Of a DNA stretch of 64,000 nucleotides, positions 35,340-49,015 are shown in pieces (within the stretch, counting starts at the first letter, position 1; each line of letters starts with the position of its first letter). Both the position numbers and the translations under genes were made by a program. This stretch comes from Isurus oxyrinchus (lineage: Eukaryota), in NCBI GenBank assembly GCA_026770705.1, contig JANJGN010000007.1:168206001-168270000 (forward strand), given 5' to 3'. The notes beneath the pieces are model-generated. The model searched no databases, had not been told where the DNA came from, and saw nothing but the letters and a program-made list of their open reading frames with translations.

Positions 35340-37550
35340 TAAATCACAATTTTCAATGGTGATTATATAGATGCTTAAACCACAATATAACCTGAGTCAC
35401 TTTGAGATGTGTTCATGGAATATATTCAAGATAGTTTTCTAAATCAATATGTTGAGGAATCAACTAGGGGACAGACTATTTTAGATCTAGTATTATACAA
35501 TTAGAAAGCTTTAATTAATAACCTTATTATAAATGATCCTCTGGGGAAGAGTGATCACAATATGATTCAATTTTATGTTGCGCTAAAAAGTGATTTAGTT
35601 CATTCTGAGGCTAAATCTGTAGAAAGCAAAGTACGAGGGTTGAGTTGGTTGAGGTAGATTGGGGATCAAGATTATAAGGTATGAAGATAGATAAAAAATG
35701 ACAAATATTTAAAGAATTAGCTTATGATACGCATCCAATATCCATTCGCTTAAGGAATAAAATCCCCCTGGGAAAAGCGGTCCTACCATGGCTAACAAGA
35801 TAAATTAAAGAAAGTACTGGACTAAAGGAAAAGGCTCTTAATGCTGCCAAAAACGTTGTAGTGAGCCTGAGGATTGGACCAAGAAATTAATAAAGAGAAA
35901 AGAGAACATGAGAGTACATTAGCAAGGGACATAAAAACAGATTGTAAAAATGCAAAGATTAACAAAATTAAGCTTGGACCATTTAACAGTCAACAGGAGA
36001 GATTATAATGGGGATCAATGAGGCTATGGTGAAACGGCACTAGGCGAATTGCTGTTACAAAGAGCCAGCATGGACATGACAGGCTGAATGGCTTCTTCCT
36101 ATGCTATAGCCATTCTATGATTCTATGATAAAGGAATGGCAGAGGTAATAAATATAAACTTTGGGTTGGATTCTCCCATGGGCTTCTGAACCACATGGGG
36201 GTCATAAACCCTCACCCTCTGGCAGTCAGAGCACCTCAGCAATTTTTTGGAAAGCCACCTTCACATTCACCATCCTATTAAGGACAATGGGTGACTGCTC
36301 AATGCTGCAGGTCCAATAAGAGGGACAGGAGCTCTGGAGCTCCAATCTGGAGAGGTATGTGATGCTAAGGCAGGCCAGGGACTGCGAGGGCACCCTCGTT
36401 GGACTGCACAATAGTGAAGAAATAAACAAGATCTTGGCTGGCAGACCCATGGGATTGGAGGGGAAACCTCTCCACTGGATTTGGTACAGCCGTGATTGTG
36501 GCCTTTCATGATCGCAGTCCTGTCAACGTAGCACGAAGCCTTCAGCTCCAATTGTGTCTCAACCTGCCTTTGGGTGTTTGTCTCCATTGAGCTGAGGCCT
36601 CCACATGCAGCAGGATCTGCTCTCTTAGCAGCAAATTGGTGGCAAGGCTGCAAAATCACCCCTTTTTGAAGCCTTAACTGGCGTAATTGACTGTCCGTCT
36701 CTGTGGAGGGGGCAGCCGATCCAATTCCCAACCCTCTCCTGAGAAAATTACCTGGGGATGGGAGTGTGTTGTGTAGCTGTTCTGACATGGCTCGTCCCTT
36801 ATTTCCCTGGCTCCCACACCTCCAAGCCCACCACCACAGGACCAGGAAAATCCAGCCTCTGTTCCTGTCTTCATTGTGGAAAACACAAAAAAACATTATG
36901 GAAATAGTGGGGAACCAAAGTCTAGAGAGAGCGAGGAACTTAGTACTGGATAAGTTAATGGGTCAGACAGCCAACAGATCCCCTGGACCTGATGGCCTAC
37001 ATCCTTGGGTTTTAAAAAAGGCAGCTGCGGATCCACTGGTTTTGATCTTTCAGAACTCCCTAGATTTTAGAATGATTCTAGTGGATTAGAAGGTAGCAAG
37101 CATAGCCCCACTATTCAAGAAAGGAGGGAGAGAGAATACTGAACTTAAGGCCAGTTAACCTGACAACTATGGCGGGAAAAATGCTAAAACCTATTATAAG
37201 GGGAATGGTGGCAAGGTACCTAGAAAATCATAATATTTTTGGGAAGAATCAACATGGATTTATGAAAGGGATCTGTTTTTTGAGTTTGTAGCTAGAGGAC
37301 AGATAAGACACAATCAGTGGATGTAGTGTATTTAGATTTTCAAAAAAGACATTCAAGGTGGCACACGAGTTTGTTACACAAAATTGGGGCTCGTGGAATT
37401 AGAGATAATATATTCCCATAGATTGAGGATTGGTTAGATATTGGACAGATAAATAGATCATTTTCAGGTTGTAAAGCTGTAACTAGTAGAGTACCACAAG
37501 GATCAGCAAACTACAATCTATATCAGTGAGTTAGGACCAAGGTTGATACA
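35340..37550 (+). mobile_element. CR1 LINE ORF2 fragment with nested insertions
   Basis: FLNQYVEESTRGQTILDLVL, PLGKSDHNMI, SPGPDGLHPWVLK, NQHGFMKG. Interrupted by a CR1 3' tail (about 36030-36128) and a TIR element (36163-36858). Confidence 0.88.
36163..36858. mobile_element. MITE with GGGYTGGATT-type TIRs inserted in CR1
   Basis: Ends gggttggattct / aaaatccagcct. CR1 sequence is contiguous across the insert (compare 26660-26712). Confidence 0.7.
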
Positions 37551-38200
37551 CAAGTACAGCATCTCAAAACTGCAGCCAAATACTACTGTGCCTCATGGTC
37601 CTGCAGCTGACCTACAAAGGTCATGGATGTTCATCTAAATGCCAGCAGGAGGATAGTATCAGGGACTTTTAATCCACTGTCATTGAGGGTTGAATATTAT
37701 CTCCTACCTGTCATTTGCTACATCACCACCATGCTCCATGAGTTTGAAAAAGGGATGAGCAGCTCTGATCTTCCCATTCACAAAGATTTGAAAAACCCAT
37801 CAAGAAGGTGCTTGAAATTGCTTTAGCCATTATGTGAAACAGCAGCTAATATTCAAATAGCTGCTATCAACCCACTATCCAGATGTATGGAATCTTCAAC
37901 ACGTGCAGCATAAAGAACCAACACCTCATCACTGACTCAACAGCAGAGACCCCAGGCTTTGAACTCCCTCAGAGAGTGGGCAGCTCTCAACCGAATTTGC
38001 ACAAGTCATGAACAATGTAGCCCCTGCTCCATAATTAGAAGATAAGGGACTACCCAAAGTGCAGCTGTAGCCATGAGTCGCAGACCATGGATCACATGAA
38101 CCTGCTCACTAAGACCTGTTGCAACAATTTCTCCACTCAGCATCTCAGGAGGCCATTGAATGAACAAATTAGACATCCGGTTATGTTTTCCTGTCATATT
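37550..38200 (+). mobile_element. Vingi/Ingi-like (I group) LINE 3' fragment
   Basis: Piecewise translation gives DVHLNASRRIVSGT, LPVICYI, DLPIHKDLKNP, PGFELP..WAALNRICTSH and PKCSCSHESQTMDH (C-terminal zinc-knuckle remnant). Confidence 0.7.
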
Positions 38201-38357
38201 AAAGTAGTACTAGGGGTAATCTTCTGTCCTGTTTCTCACTCTACTACATGATCTCCCTTGTTTTTCTTTGAAATTTTTTATGCTTCCTATATTTTCAGTG
38301 TCTCACCTTTTCTGAAGACAATGCCTTATGCTATGTTTATGTTTATGGTTATGGTTA

Positions 38358-38472
38358 TGGGGGCTGGGGTCAGATGGCAAGGCGGAGTAGAGACCACAAC
38401 CATGATCTTATTGAATGGCAGAGCAGGCTCAAAGGACTGAATAGCCTACCCCTGCTCCTAAGTCCTATGTTG
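38358..38472 (+). mobile_element. CR1 3' tail
   Basis: ccatgatcttattgaatggcagagcaggctcaaaggactgaatagcctacccctgctcctaagtcctatgt. Confidence 0.8.
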
Positions 38473-38689
38473 TGCATCTTGATCTTCATACTGACAATGG
38501 TGTGACTTTCATCCTTTCCCTATATTTTTTCTCTCCCTGATTCTCCCTATATCTATCAAATGCCACTCAGTAGGAGTGACAGTGACTTATTTGGATTTAA
38601 AAATCTGACCTAATTTAATATATGTCACACTTTAAAATGGACGCAGCTCCATATGTTTAAATGGATTCGCAATCTGTCCCACTTGCTGA

Positions 38690-38830
38690 TCATATATCTC
38701 ACTCCTAACCTTTTCCCAGTGTTGACAGCTGCTTGTCCTTTTCCCTCCACGTGTCCTATCCATTTCCATCTCCTGTGAGTTCCTCCTTCTATTGCAGTGT
38801 TAGCTGTTGCTGCTTCTCCAATCACTGTTA
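38690..38830 (-). mobile_element. RTE/RTE-X LINE fragment
   Basis: RRWKWIGHV resembles the RRWxWxGH motif of RTE-clade C-termini. Short match only. Confidence 0.45.
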
Positions 38831-39632
38831 TTTTGCATGGATTTTAAGCATTAATCTTTATTTTAACTGAATCAGAAGTCATAAAGAGCTGCTATAGTTG
38901 ATGTGTTTTGCATTGTCAACACATTAAGTTTCATGTCACAGTTTTCTACAAGTTGTTTGAAATTGTTCCAGACAAAGGGAGATGGACGGCTCAGTTGTTG
39001 GAGCAATCAAGCTGGGGTTTTTGTTTCTCCTAAAATAAAGGGGAAAAAAAAACATATTTGCTTGACAAACATAATGCCAATTTATATTGGTTCTGAGACA
39101 AAGTTTAAAATTTAATTCTGGCATAACGACTCTGATAGTGTAAAAACTCTTGTGGCCTTAGACAAATTGTCTGGGTCTGCTAAATAAAGCTCCAGTGCAA
39201 TATTGAATTTCTGCCACTAGAGACTCTCGTTGAGTGATGGAAATTGCAGCTTTTTGTTTGATGACAGAAAACTGGTTACCCCAACACGACAGCTTATTAC
39301 TAATTTTTCACTGGTCCAACGGATTTACTGATTGAATTTTTTTTCAGCTATTCCCAGAACTCTGTGCATTTCCTTCTAATATATTTTCTTTGTACTCATC
39401 TGTCCCATGTTTGAGAACTTGAGGTCAAGGATAATATAGCCAGATGTAAGGTTTTCTCTACTCCTCTCCAGCAACAAGCCTTGACCCAAATTCCACATGA
39501 CCTTATTGCCCCAGTATTACGTTTCTATTTCTTGCGCCTCTTTGAGTGAGAGTATCAAGGTATTGACAAACCCGAGCCAATATTGTGTTGATGGAGTTTT
39601 TCTGCAAAGAACCCAAAACATTTCATGCAGTT

Positions 39633-40070
39633 GAAAGAAAAGGACTTGCATTTGTATAGCACTTTTCATGACCATCAGGCATCTCAAAATGTTTTACAAA
39701 CAATGAATTGCTTTTGAAATGTAATCACTGTTGTAATGTAGGCATTGCGGCAGACAATTTGCACATAATATGATAATGACTGGATAATCTGTTTTTTGCA
39801 GAGTTGATTGAGGAATGAACATTGGACAGAAACTATGGGACAACTCCCCTGTTCTTCTTCAAAAAAGTGTCATGGGATCTTTTACATCCCCAAGAGCAGG
39901 AAGATAGGCCCTTGATTTAATGTGTCATCTGAAAGACAGCACCTCTGATAGCGCAGTACTCCTTCAGTACTGTACTGGAGTGTCAGCCTTGATTTTTGTG
40001 CCCAAGCCCTGGATGGAAATTGAACACAGAACCTTGTGATTCAGAGGCAAGAATGCTACCAACTGGGCTG
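39633..40070 (-). mobile_element. Near full-length tRNA-headed Deu-domain SINE (SacSINE1-like)
   Basis: Minus strand: A/B-box-like head, cagtactgaaggagtactgc, Deu-like gatcccatgacact, L2-type tail gctatacaaatgcaagtcc plus tttc repeats. Confidence 0.85.
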
Positions 40071-40404
40071 ACAGACAGCAAAAAGATAGAACTTTCAACT
40101 CATTAGCCTGGCCTGAATTCCAAATCCAGATCCTGAGACTGAAAAGATTATGTTCAAACCTGCTGTGCTGCCCACCAGAAACTAGAGACTTTATCATTTC
40201 TTACTATACCGTACATTATACCTCACTAATATTGCATAATTTCTGATGACATATAGGTGAAACAGGTATGGGTTCCCATTGGAAGATTAAAGGTTACAAT
40301 TCCTATAGATTTAGAGCTCTGCTAATTACATTGTTACCAAAGTTGCTAACGATAAAAAAATCGACCAAATCAGACCTGACTAATACATTTTAGTGCAAGC
40401 CTTT

Positions 40405-41170
40405 TCATAGCATGATACAGCACAGGAGGCCATTCAGCCCATCAAGCCTGTCCCAGTTCCTTCAAAGTGCTTTGCAATTACTCCCACTCCCCTGCTGTTT
40501 CCCCATTGTCCTATAATTTCTTTTTTAAAAGTAGAGATCCAATTCCCTTTTGAAAGTTACTATTGAATCTGCTTCCAAGATTCTTTCAGGCAGTTCATTC
40601 AGTTCAGCTCGCTGTGTGAAAAAAAATCTCCCCCTACCTGTTTTGCCAATTATCTTAAATCTGTGTTTTCTGGTTACCAATTCTCCTCCCAGTACGAACC
40701 AATACTCTATATCTTGTCTGTCAAAACATACATCTTCTAGAACACTTCTATCAAATCTCCCCTCTCTGTTTTAAAGAAAACATTCACAGCTTCTGTACAC
40801 TGTCCATAGACTGCAGTTTCTCCGCCTGAGTACCATTCTGGTAAATCTCCTCTGTACCCTTCCCAAGGTCTTGACAGCCTTCTTAAAGCATGGCACTTAA
40901 AATTGGACAGATTATTTCATCCAACATCTAACCTGTGATTTACTAAGGTTTACTATAACTCCCTTGCTTTTCCATTTGAAGCCCCTATTTATGAAGCCAA
41001 GAAGACTGTGTGCTTTTTTTTTTAGCAGATTTGTCAACTTGCTCTGCAACCTTCAAAGAGTTGCATAACAAACCCCTAGGTCTCTGTTGCTGTGTCCCTT
41101 TAAAACGGCACCATTTAGCTTACAAGGCTTCTCTTCATTTTTCCTTCAAAAATGTATCATTTTACACTTC
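40405..41170 (-). mobile_element. CR1 LINE 3' end
   Basis: Collinear with 11905-12690. Confidence 0.85.
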
Positions 41171-42759
41171 TATCTTAATTTTACTAGACTTGATGCAATC
41201 TTTTACATGGATGTCGACACCTGGTAACATTTTTTTTATCTAGAAGTACTATATAACGCCAATACATTAGTAATGTTTTGGACCAGGTTCACTGATGTAC
41301 TTTTTTTGGCAGTGTTTAAAGTGTACCAACCAATTTTGTAATAGAAGTCCAGTAAAATCCAACCAAAACAACCGTCACTTTTTTATAACATTTGCTCTTC
41401 TGTCATGCTTTATTTGTCATACTACCCTGTTGGTTTGTCTATTTATGTTACCTGCCTCTGGTTCAACCTTGCATATATGGTTTCAAAAGTCCTGCCTAGC
41501 TTCTTTTCCTGCCTATTAACCACACCTGCAACCAACTACACCTGCATCCCTCACCAAATAAAGAAGGTGGGGGGGGTGGGGGAAGAGAGAAAAAATGAGC
41601 ACAGCAAGAACTAAAAGGATAAAAAAGGAAACAAAAGAGGACACAGAGAAAAAGAAAGAAAAATAGAGTCAAAACCAGAAAAGAAGAGAGAGAACTAGGA
41701 ACATGTACTATGAGCAAGATGTCTTGCTATAACAACATCTCTGCTTCCTCCCACTTCCCCCCTGCCACCCTACCTCTACCATTCTTTCTGCATAGGCTGC
41801 AAAATCCTACTTACGTTCACACCTGTAACCTCTGATTACTTTCCCCAGTTGATTTCTCTCCACCCCTTCTGCTCTCCCCTCTATTAAAATCGTTACTAAC
41901 ATCAGTGCTAGTATCCCTTGGCTTTTGACAACAAGCTTCCAGTGACTTTGGCTTGATGGGTGATATTGATTATTTAACGATGTAGCAACCAGGTTGGGGC
42001 CTGGCAAGATCAACTTTGAACTTATGGCATGTCGGGCAACAGAAATTTATAATAAAAATAATATGTTATTTTACACTCACCATAGTGGAATTGTTGGTCT
42101 TCTGTTCACAGTTTTTGGGCAGCCAAGTGGGAAATGCAAAATTCCAGGAGGGGGGGAGCCTTTTGTAAACTAATGGATTTTATAGCATGGCCAAATCTGT
42201 AAAAAAAAACAAAGTTGCAAATTTGAAGCCAGATATACAAGATGCACATTTTTTAAAAAGTGCACGAGATGAGGTTTTAGGATTTTACTGGAGTGGGGAA
42301 GCATAGGCTTGTACCACCCTGAAATTAAAATGTCACTTCGGGATTCAACTTGGCCCATTCAAAGAGCCAGTCAGTTTGGTGTAATGAAAATAGAATAGGA
42401 ACGTATGTTTGTTTTCATTTCATTTCACTTCTGAACTCAGCAGGGACCAGTAAGTGTTGCATCTGTTCCCTCTCCTGGTTGTCAGTCCCAACAACACACA
42501 CATGCAGTTATGTTGAAAATTTCATCCAACACTGAGTGCCAGCTGTAATATTTGAATGGCCCTGCACCACAGAAGAAAAGAAAAATCACTGCTATTTATT
42601 TTCTTTTGGAGTAGCTGAAGCCATAAAAAGTGCCTTGGAAGGTCTCTGGCAGCTGAAAGTTTTCTCTTGTTTTACATATTTTTCTGGTTTATCAAAACCT
42701 GCTAACCTCTCTCCGCAACACTCTACCCCCTCCAACCAACCTCACTTTTGTCTCCCTTC

Positions 42760-43335
42760 TTCTGAAGACACTGAATCATGGTGGATATGCTTACATAGGC
42801 ACCAGATGTGCTTCAGTACCTTGCCCAAGTGGCCAGCCTTCACATATGGACCCAGTCAATGAATGTCAAGTGGCTGTTCAACCACAGAGTGCATACCATC
42901 CAAATCTGATCTAATCTTCAGCTGACAACCAAACGCCCAGTGACTAGCAATCAGAAAGAGAAACCAGTTTTTTTAATTCTCTCCGCTCTAACCCAAGACA
43001 CTGAAGTTAATGTGCCATTTCTACCACTGCACTTTGGAAGTCTTGTGGCTCAGTAGGTAGCACCCCAGTCTCTGAGACAGAATTTCCGGGTTCAAGTCCC
43101 ACTCCAGGACTTGTTGGCCACAGAAGGAGCGTTTATGATGCAGTACAAACTGTTGATAATCAACCTGCTAATCTTTTCAACACTCCTCCCACTATTTCCC
43201 AAAAGTGAAAGAAACATGTTTGTTAGAGATACCAAGGAAACCACTGCCCTTATCGAGATAAGTCACCACCAACCAGTGATTGAACCTAGGATCTTCCTAG
43301 CCTGTGATACTCAGTTTCACACCTTTTATCCACTG
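42760..43335 (-). mobile_element. Old SINE-like repeat (family also at about 54730-55010 + and probably 11250-11340 -)
   Basis: gtaccttgcccaagtggcca is a diverged reverse complement of tggttgcttgggtaaagcac at 54952-54971. The head near 43270-43310 resembles 54760-54815. Unclassified. Confidence 0.5.
43045..43113 (+). mobile_element. tRNA-derived head of a Deu-domain SINE
   Basis: gtggctcagtaggtagcac (A box) and gggttcaagtccc (B box), followed by the SINE-specific actccaggacttg. Confidence 0.7.
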
Positions 43336-43989
43336 AACTAGTAACTAGGGAATCCTGTTTCTTTTTAAAAAAACTCTCGCTATATATCTTTTCCACCACA
43401 AATAAATCCTTCCATATATTTAATTTTGTAGTTATAATCTTATTATACACTTCACCTGAGCTATCTATGCCCTCACTGGAACTGCTCAGTTTAGAGTTCA
43501 AATTCTCTTATTCTATATTGATTTCAAGAATTGTGTATGTAAGAGGAGCTAGATCAAGGATGCTACCACAATAATAAACCTACTGTATTGATTGGGGAGG
43601 GTTATAGTTGTGATTGACATTCTTGGAGGTGCTCACTTATGTTTCTGTTATGATTTGAAAAAGCCTGCCAATTAACTGACCTGAGCAGAGTAAGGGTGGT
43701 CAAAGAGGAGCCTACACAATATCTGCATTAACCAGTTTCTAGGGAGTGCTTAACTCAATTTGTATATTGTGACCATATGTGATTTCATCTTTAGGTATTC
43801 AGTATTCCTACAAAAAATTCTAAGGATGGAGAGACTTACATTATCTACTTAATTGCATAATTCACAGAGAATATGGAGTTCAAGTGGCTGAATTAAAAAT
43901 TATAAACAAAATGTAGGTTAGTCAATTTCAAATATCTTTCCAAAGTGTGGAGATGGTGCTCCAGAAAGACTTACTGATTAGTACTGAAC

Positions 43990-44450
43990 TCAGGAAGCTC
44001 GACACAACCCAGGACAAAGCAGCATGCTTGATCGGCAACCATCCATCACCTTAAAACATTCACTCCCTTCACCACTAGCACATTGTAGCAGCAATATGTA
44101 CCATCCATAAAATGCTCTCAGCAACTCACCAAGGCTCCTTTGACAGCACCTTCCAAACGCATGATATCTATCACCTAAAAGGATAAGGGCAGCAGGCACA
44201 TGTGAACTCCACCACTTGCAAGTTCCCCTCCCAGCCACACACCATTCTGATTTGAAACTATCTCACAGTTCTTTCACTGTAGCTGGGTCAAAATCCTAGA
44301 ACTCACTTCCTAACAGCACTGTAGGCTGTTAGATGGACTGCAGTGGTTCAAGAAGGCATCTGATCACCACCTTCTGTAGGGCAATTAGGGATGAGCAACA
44401 AATGCTCACCTTACCAGCAATGGCCACACCCCATGAAAGAACTTTTAAAA
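43990..44450 (+). mobile_element. 3' end of a CR1-group LINE
   Basis: KLDTTQDKAACLIG and HSLHH. Its 3' tail is shared with the SINE at 49916-50316. Confidence 0.8.
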
Positions 44451-44957
44451 AACTTACGCTCTTCAAAGTCAAATAGCTACTGATAGTTACAAATAAAGCT
44501 TGGCCACTTTGGGGAAGTGTGCAAGGGCTGACAGCACCAATGTATCAGTGTGAGGCATTGCCCTCAAGAAGGGGGAGAGGGAGAACATTGGAAAAGGAAA
44601 ACGGAAAAGATATTTGAAGTACTATGAATAATGTTAAAGTAAAAGATAAAGTGTTGTACTTGATATACACGTTTTCTATTACTATCAGGCAGATTAATAA
44701 TTTTAAATAAATGCCAGTATTATGGTGAGTAGAATACTGTCACTTGTGAACCTGGAGAATAAAGTACATTATGAATTCATTTATGTGCTAATGCACAATT
44801 GACTGTCACGTGCACAATATCCAGATTTTGCGACAGGAATATGAGGGAAGGGGAGAAATATACAGCAAGGATGAAAATGACAAATCCAAGTGCAATTTGT
44901 TATCCATCACTGTGGTCAGCAGGCCAGACAAAAAGGATGGCAACAAGTCAGAATAAA

Positions 44958-45661
44958 GGCCCGGAATTTGTGATAAGAATAATGCTAATCATGACTATAA
45001 AGGCAGAAATTTGACAGCAACTTCTGGAATACTCACATATGCAGTTAAATGGGAAAATCCAGAAGTTGCTGTCAGATATTCTGCTCCTCCACAGGGTGCA
45101 CTGTTGCAGTTATTGTTGATAGTCTCAATACTAAAATGACTGTAGAAGCCCGAACTTGCCCATTATTTGTGTACTAATAACAGCTGAAAAGCTTAGGGTG
45201 GTTTAATTAGGAATAAGTGAACATTTAACAGCACAATAAGTGAAAATTATTGCTGAGCAACCTCCCTGACCTTAAAAAATATATATATTTTTTATAAGTG
45301 TGGTGTCTCGTTCCATCAGGAGAAAATTAGTGTTGGAGATCTTTGAAAAATATATTTTCATTACTTTTTCTGGCTGTCTCTTTTCATTCTCTTCCTTAAT
45401 TCCATCTGCACATCTAGTTTTTCTATGCATCATTTGAATCCAATCTATATTTCTTGCTTTATACTTCCTGGTTCAGAATCTGCATGTCTCAGTAAAGAAA
45501 CAACAACCTGATCAGGTCACAAATGTGTTGTAACTAGTGCAATGTTGAAAAAGGTGCTAGTTTAGAGGAAATCTCTGCTGACAAGCCTGTGCTATTCAGC
45601 TGCTATCAGTGAGGTAAATGGCAAGTGCTGATCCTTTGCCACTGAGAGCAAAACCCAGGTC
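44958..45661. mobile_element. Possible old MITE
   Basis: Weak TIR pair ggcccggaatttg / caaaacccaggtc. No clear TSD. Confidence 0.3.
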
Positions 45662-45697
45662 GTTGTTTCCCACCAAAAGGCCATTATTCGTGTCTAG

Positions 45698-46394
45698 AGG
45701 CAGCATTATCTGGCCAGCGAGCGGGGGCGGGGCTTGCTCGCCGATGCATAAAATGACATGGGCTGACTTCAGGCTTGCGTCCCAATGTCACCCTGTGTCA
45801 ATTAGATCCTCAGTTTGGCGGGTGTGCAGCCGACTCAGCTGTGTGCCCGCTGACCTGTCAACGGCCACTTAAAGCCATTAGTGAGGTACTTAAAACACTT
45901 AATGGACATGCCCGTCCAACCTTAAGGTTGGCAGGCAGGCGAAGAGCCCAGGCGGCCTTCAGAAAAAACATGAAACCTCATCCACGGGTGGGATGAGGTT
46001 TCATGAGGGTTTTAAAATCTTAACATGCTCTTCAAATAAAATTATGGACATGCCTCAGCTCAAGTGACAGTGTCACATGAGGGGACATATCAGTAAAATT
46101 TTTTCTATCCTTTAATCTGTTTTTCACATTTGAGCCGATCTCCCTGAGGCAGCACTTAGCCTCAGGGAGATCTATGCGCTCTTTCGTGCGCATGCGTGAA
46201 AGAGCGCACTCCCAGGTCAGGGAATCCCCCAACCCACCTGTACAGAGAGCACAGAACGCTTCTGGTGCACGTCATGCTGGGCGGACCTTAATTGGCCCAC
46301 CCCGAGTAAAATGGTGGCACACCCCGAATGGAGGCGCCGATCAGGAACCCACCCGCTCCCGCACAACCCCCCAATGGGGCGGGAAATGTTGCCC
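45698..46394 (-). mobile_element. Palindrome-array MITE family A, copy 4
   Basis: Ends aggcagcatt / aatgttgccc with flanks TAG / TAC. Perfect 14-bp-arm hairpin gatctccctgaggc-N8-gcctcagggagatc. Confidence 0.9.
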
Positions 46395-46954
46395 TACAGA
46401 TATTATGTGTTGTCTGTCCAAAATATGAACATGTATAAAAGATATGTTAGTTTTTAGTTTTGTTTGCAACTGATTGCAGTTCTGGCAGCCCCTAATAGAA
46501 GAATAATGATCCAAATGCAGCCACTGTTAGTTGTCTTAACTTAAGCCAAAATGCAGGTGGCAGATTTCTAACACACTTATGCTGTAGATATCAGCGTATA
46601 AATTGCCTTTTAAAGCCTCATAAAATCACTCGAAAAATGAGGATCGACTTATACACCAAGTATAAAAGTGAACGGCCAGCATGGGTGTGGATGGTTGCCA
46701 TTTTGAAATGACATTGGCGTCTGATGCAAAGAGTGGGCATGGCTTAAAATCCCACATCCCCACATCTTTGCAACAGAGCCTGTATGAGCAGCTTGATCCA
46801 TTACACCATTATACCATACCGGTAAGTAAAACAAGTATTTGTGAGATGAAAGATTGAGACTGACTAATGCAGGTATAGCATGTCATGGCTGAAGAGGGGG
46901 TCAATTTATATGCTGAGTATATGCAAAAACATGATTTTTGGGGTGGAGAAGTTA

Positions 46955-47105
46955 ATGAATCAGATGGGTTTTTACGACAACCGATGATAGCTGTCATGTT
47001 CACCATTACTGAGGCTAGCTTTCAATTCCAGGTTTTATTAATTGAATTTAAATTCCACCAGCTCCCTTGATGGGATTTGAACCTGGGCCTTGGGATTACT
47101 GGTCC
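46955..47105 (-). mobile_element. Partial copy of the tRNA-derived SINE at 49916
   Basis: Reverse complement of 49940-50115. Confidence 0.85.
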
Positions 47106-48769
47106 ATTTTGGAGTATCACTAAGACTGTATCTCCCCCAATGAATCTTTGTAAATTTCTGAGCATTAAGAAGTGGGGAAAAGTCGGAGAGAACAGAGAGG
47201 TGTGAAAGGGAGAGCACGTTAATTTTAATTTGTGCTCGTATCTCCTTTCATCTGAGTCCAGATTTAGCTCAGAGAATGGTAAAGGAGCAGACCAAAAGAA
47301 ATTTCTATGTAAAATATAAAATGAAACTAGAAATCATAAACTCTTCATTTGCTTCACCATTTAAAAATGCATGGTAGAATTGCAACGTTTAAACCAGACA
47401 AAAATAACAAATGTATTATTTTATGCACTAGTTTTAAAAACGCTATTTCCAGATGTAATAAATTACCACTGCCATTTTTGACCTCACATAAAAACTGGAT
47501 AAGTGGGGAGAATTAATGGTTGGAGGAAAGAAACTATATTTCTGGATCAGGATTGTGCGCAGTAAGAGCAAATGAAAAATGATCAGAATTCGATGCTTGG
47601 ATCAAATATAAGTTTATGTGGAGTTGATTGTAACAAAATTACCTGAGCCATTACTGGCTGCACATATATTGGGACATTGTCAAGAATTTGCTTTGGTCAA
47701 AAGAAAATAGATGTCAATCTGAATAATCGATTGATGGCTTCTGCGGTTTTGAATGTGTTGGAGCTTCCTTCTCATCCCGTTTTCCTGTCGCACTCCCATC
47801 TTTAGCTTTTGCGAAGCTGTGTACTGTTGCTTGCCTGAGAAAGCAGACAGCTTACTCAGATCTCTTTCAGAGCAACTTTGAGTATGATTTCATGCAGAAT
47901 TTATGTTGCTACAGGCATAAGTTCAGAGTGGAAATTGTATATCAAGGCCATAACACCATAGTGAAATCTATATAAACAGAGAAATGAATGAATACAAAAA
48001 TCAAGAACAGGTTTCAAAATGAGGCCCAGAGAATGAGTGTCCAGTATTACATAGTTAAAACTCCCAGGTCAGTCAGTGAAAACTTGCCCTACGTTACAGA
48101 TCTTACCAGGTGAATTCCTTTCTCCCCCCTAGCTTCCCACCAATCCCCTTGTATCTCTCTCTATCATTATTTAAAATGCTGCATCAACGAGGCCAATTAG
48201 AATAATGCAGCTAAGGAGACCAGTTTGATCTCTTATCCATGCAGTTGGTGAGTTGATATCAACAATCATTTTATTTTCACTCCATTCCCATTTTCTGTTT
48301 CCAGCTGGCAGCCAGCCTGTTTAAATGACCAGATTGAGTTTCTATGCTGCTATTGTATTTTCAGGATAACATGATTTTGTTCCGACACTGTTTGATGCAG
48401 TGAGGATTTACAGCAGTGACAGTAAATCGTTTGCTGAATGCTAGCTATCAGGACTGAATTTTTGAAGTGTAGAAAACGGCAGCTTAGAGTGTAAGTCGAT
48501 GCACAGCTCAGATCAACACTAAAGTTGAAAATGCTGAAAATCTAGAGTGAAAAAAATATAAAAATATGTCGGTGGTCGCTCGACATCTGACACAGGAACA
48601 TGGGTAGATTGACTTATTTCTTCTCTTAAAAGCACTTACTGACCTTCTGTGTATTTGTTCGATGAGGATGCATAGTATCCTGAGAATAAACTCTCAAATT
48701 GTCATCTTTTAAAACCAAATTTTTTTCTCTATTTTGATGTTAACTCTCATTCAAGTGCATAAAAGGTTC

Positions 48770-49015
48770 ATGAACATAAGAAATAGGAGCCAGGAGTAGA
48801 CTATTCAGCCCCTCAAGCCTCTCCGCCATTCAATAAGATCATGGCTGATTTCTTGTGTTTCGATTTTCACATTCCCATCTAACCCTGATTACCTTTGCTC
48901 CCCTTGCCTAACAAGAATATATCTACCTCTGCCTTAAAAATATTCAATGACCCCGCCTCCATCACCTTCTGAGGCAGAGAGTTCCAAAGTCGCACAGGTC
49001 TCTGAGAGAAAAAAA
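48770..49015 (-). mobile_element. CR1 3' end
   Basis: gaacataagaaataggagcaggagtag tail, matching 60943-61200. Confidence 0.88.

Noticed and set aside
36267-36896. 209-aa ORF as a transposase
   Set aside because: No DDE or DNA-binding motif, and it crosses the MITE/CR1 boundary.
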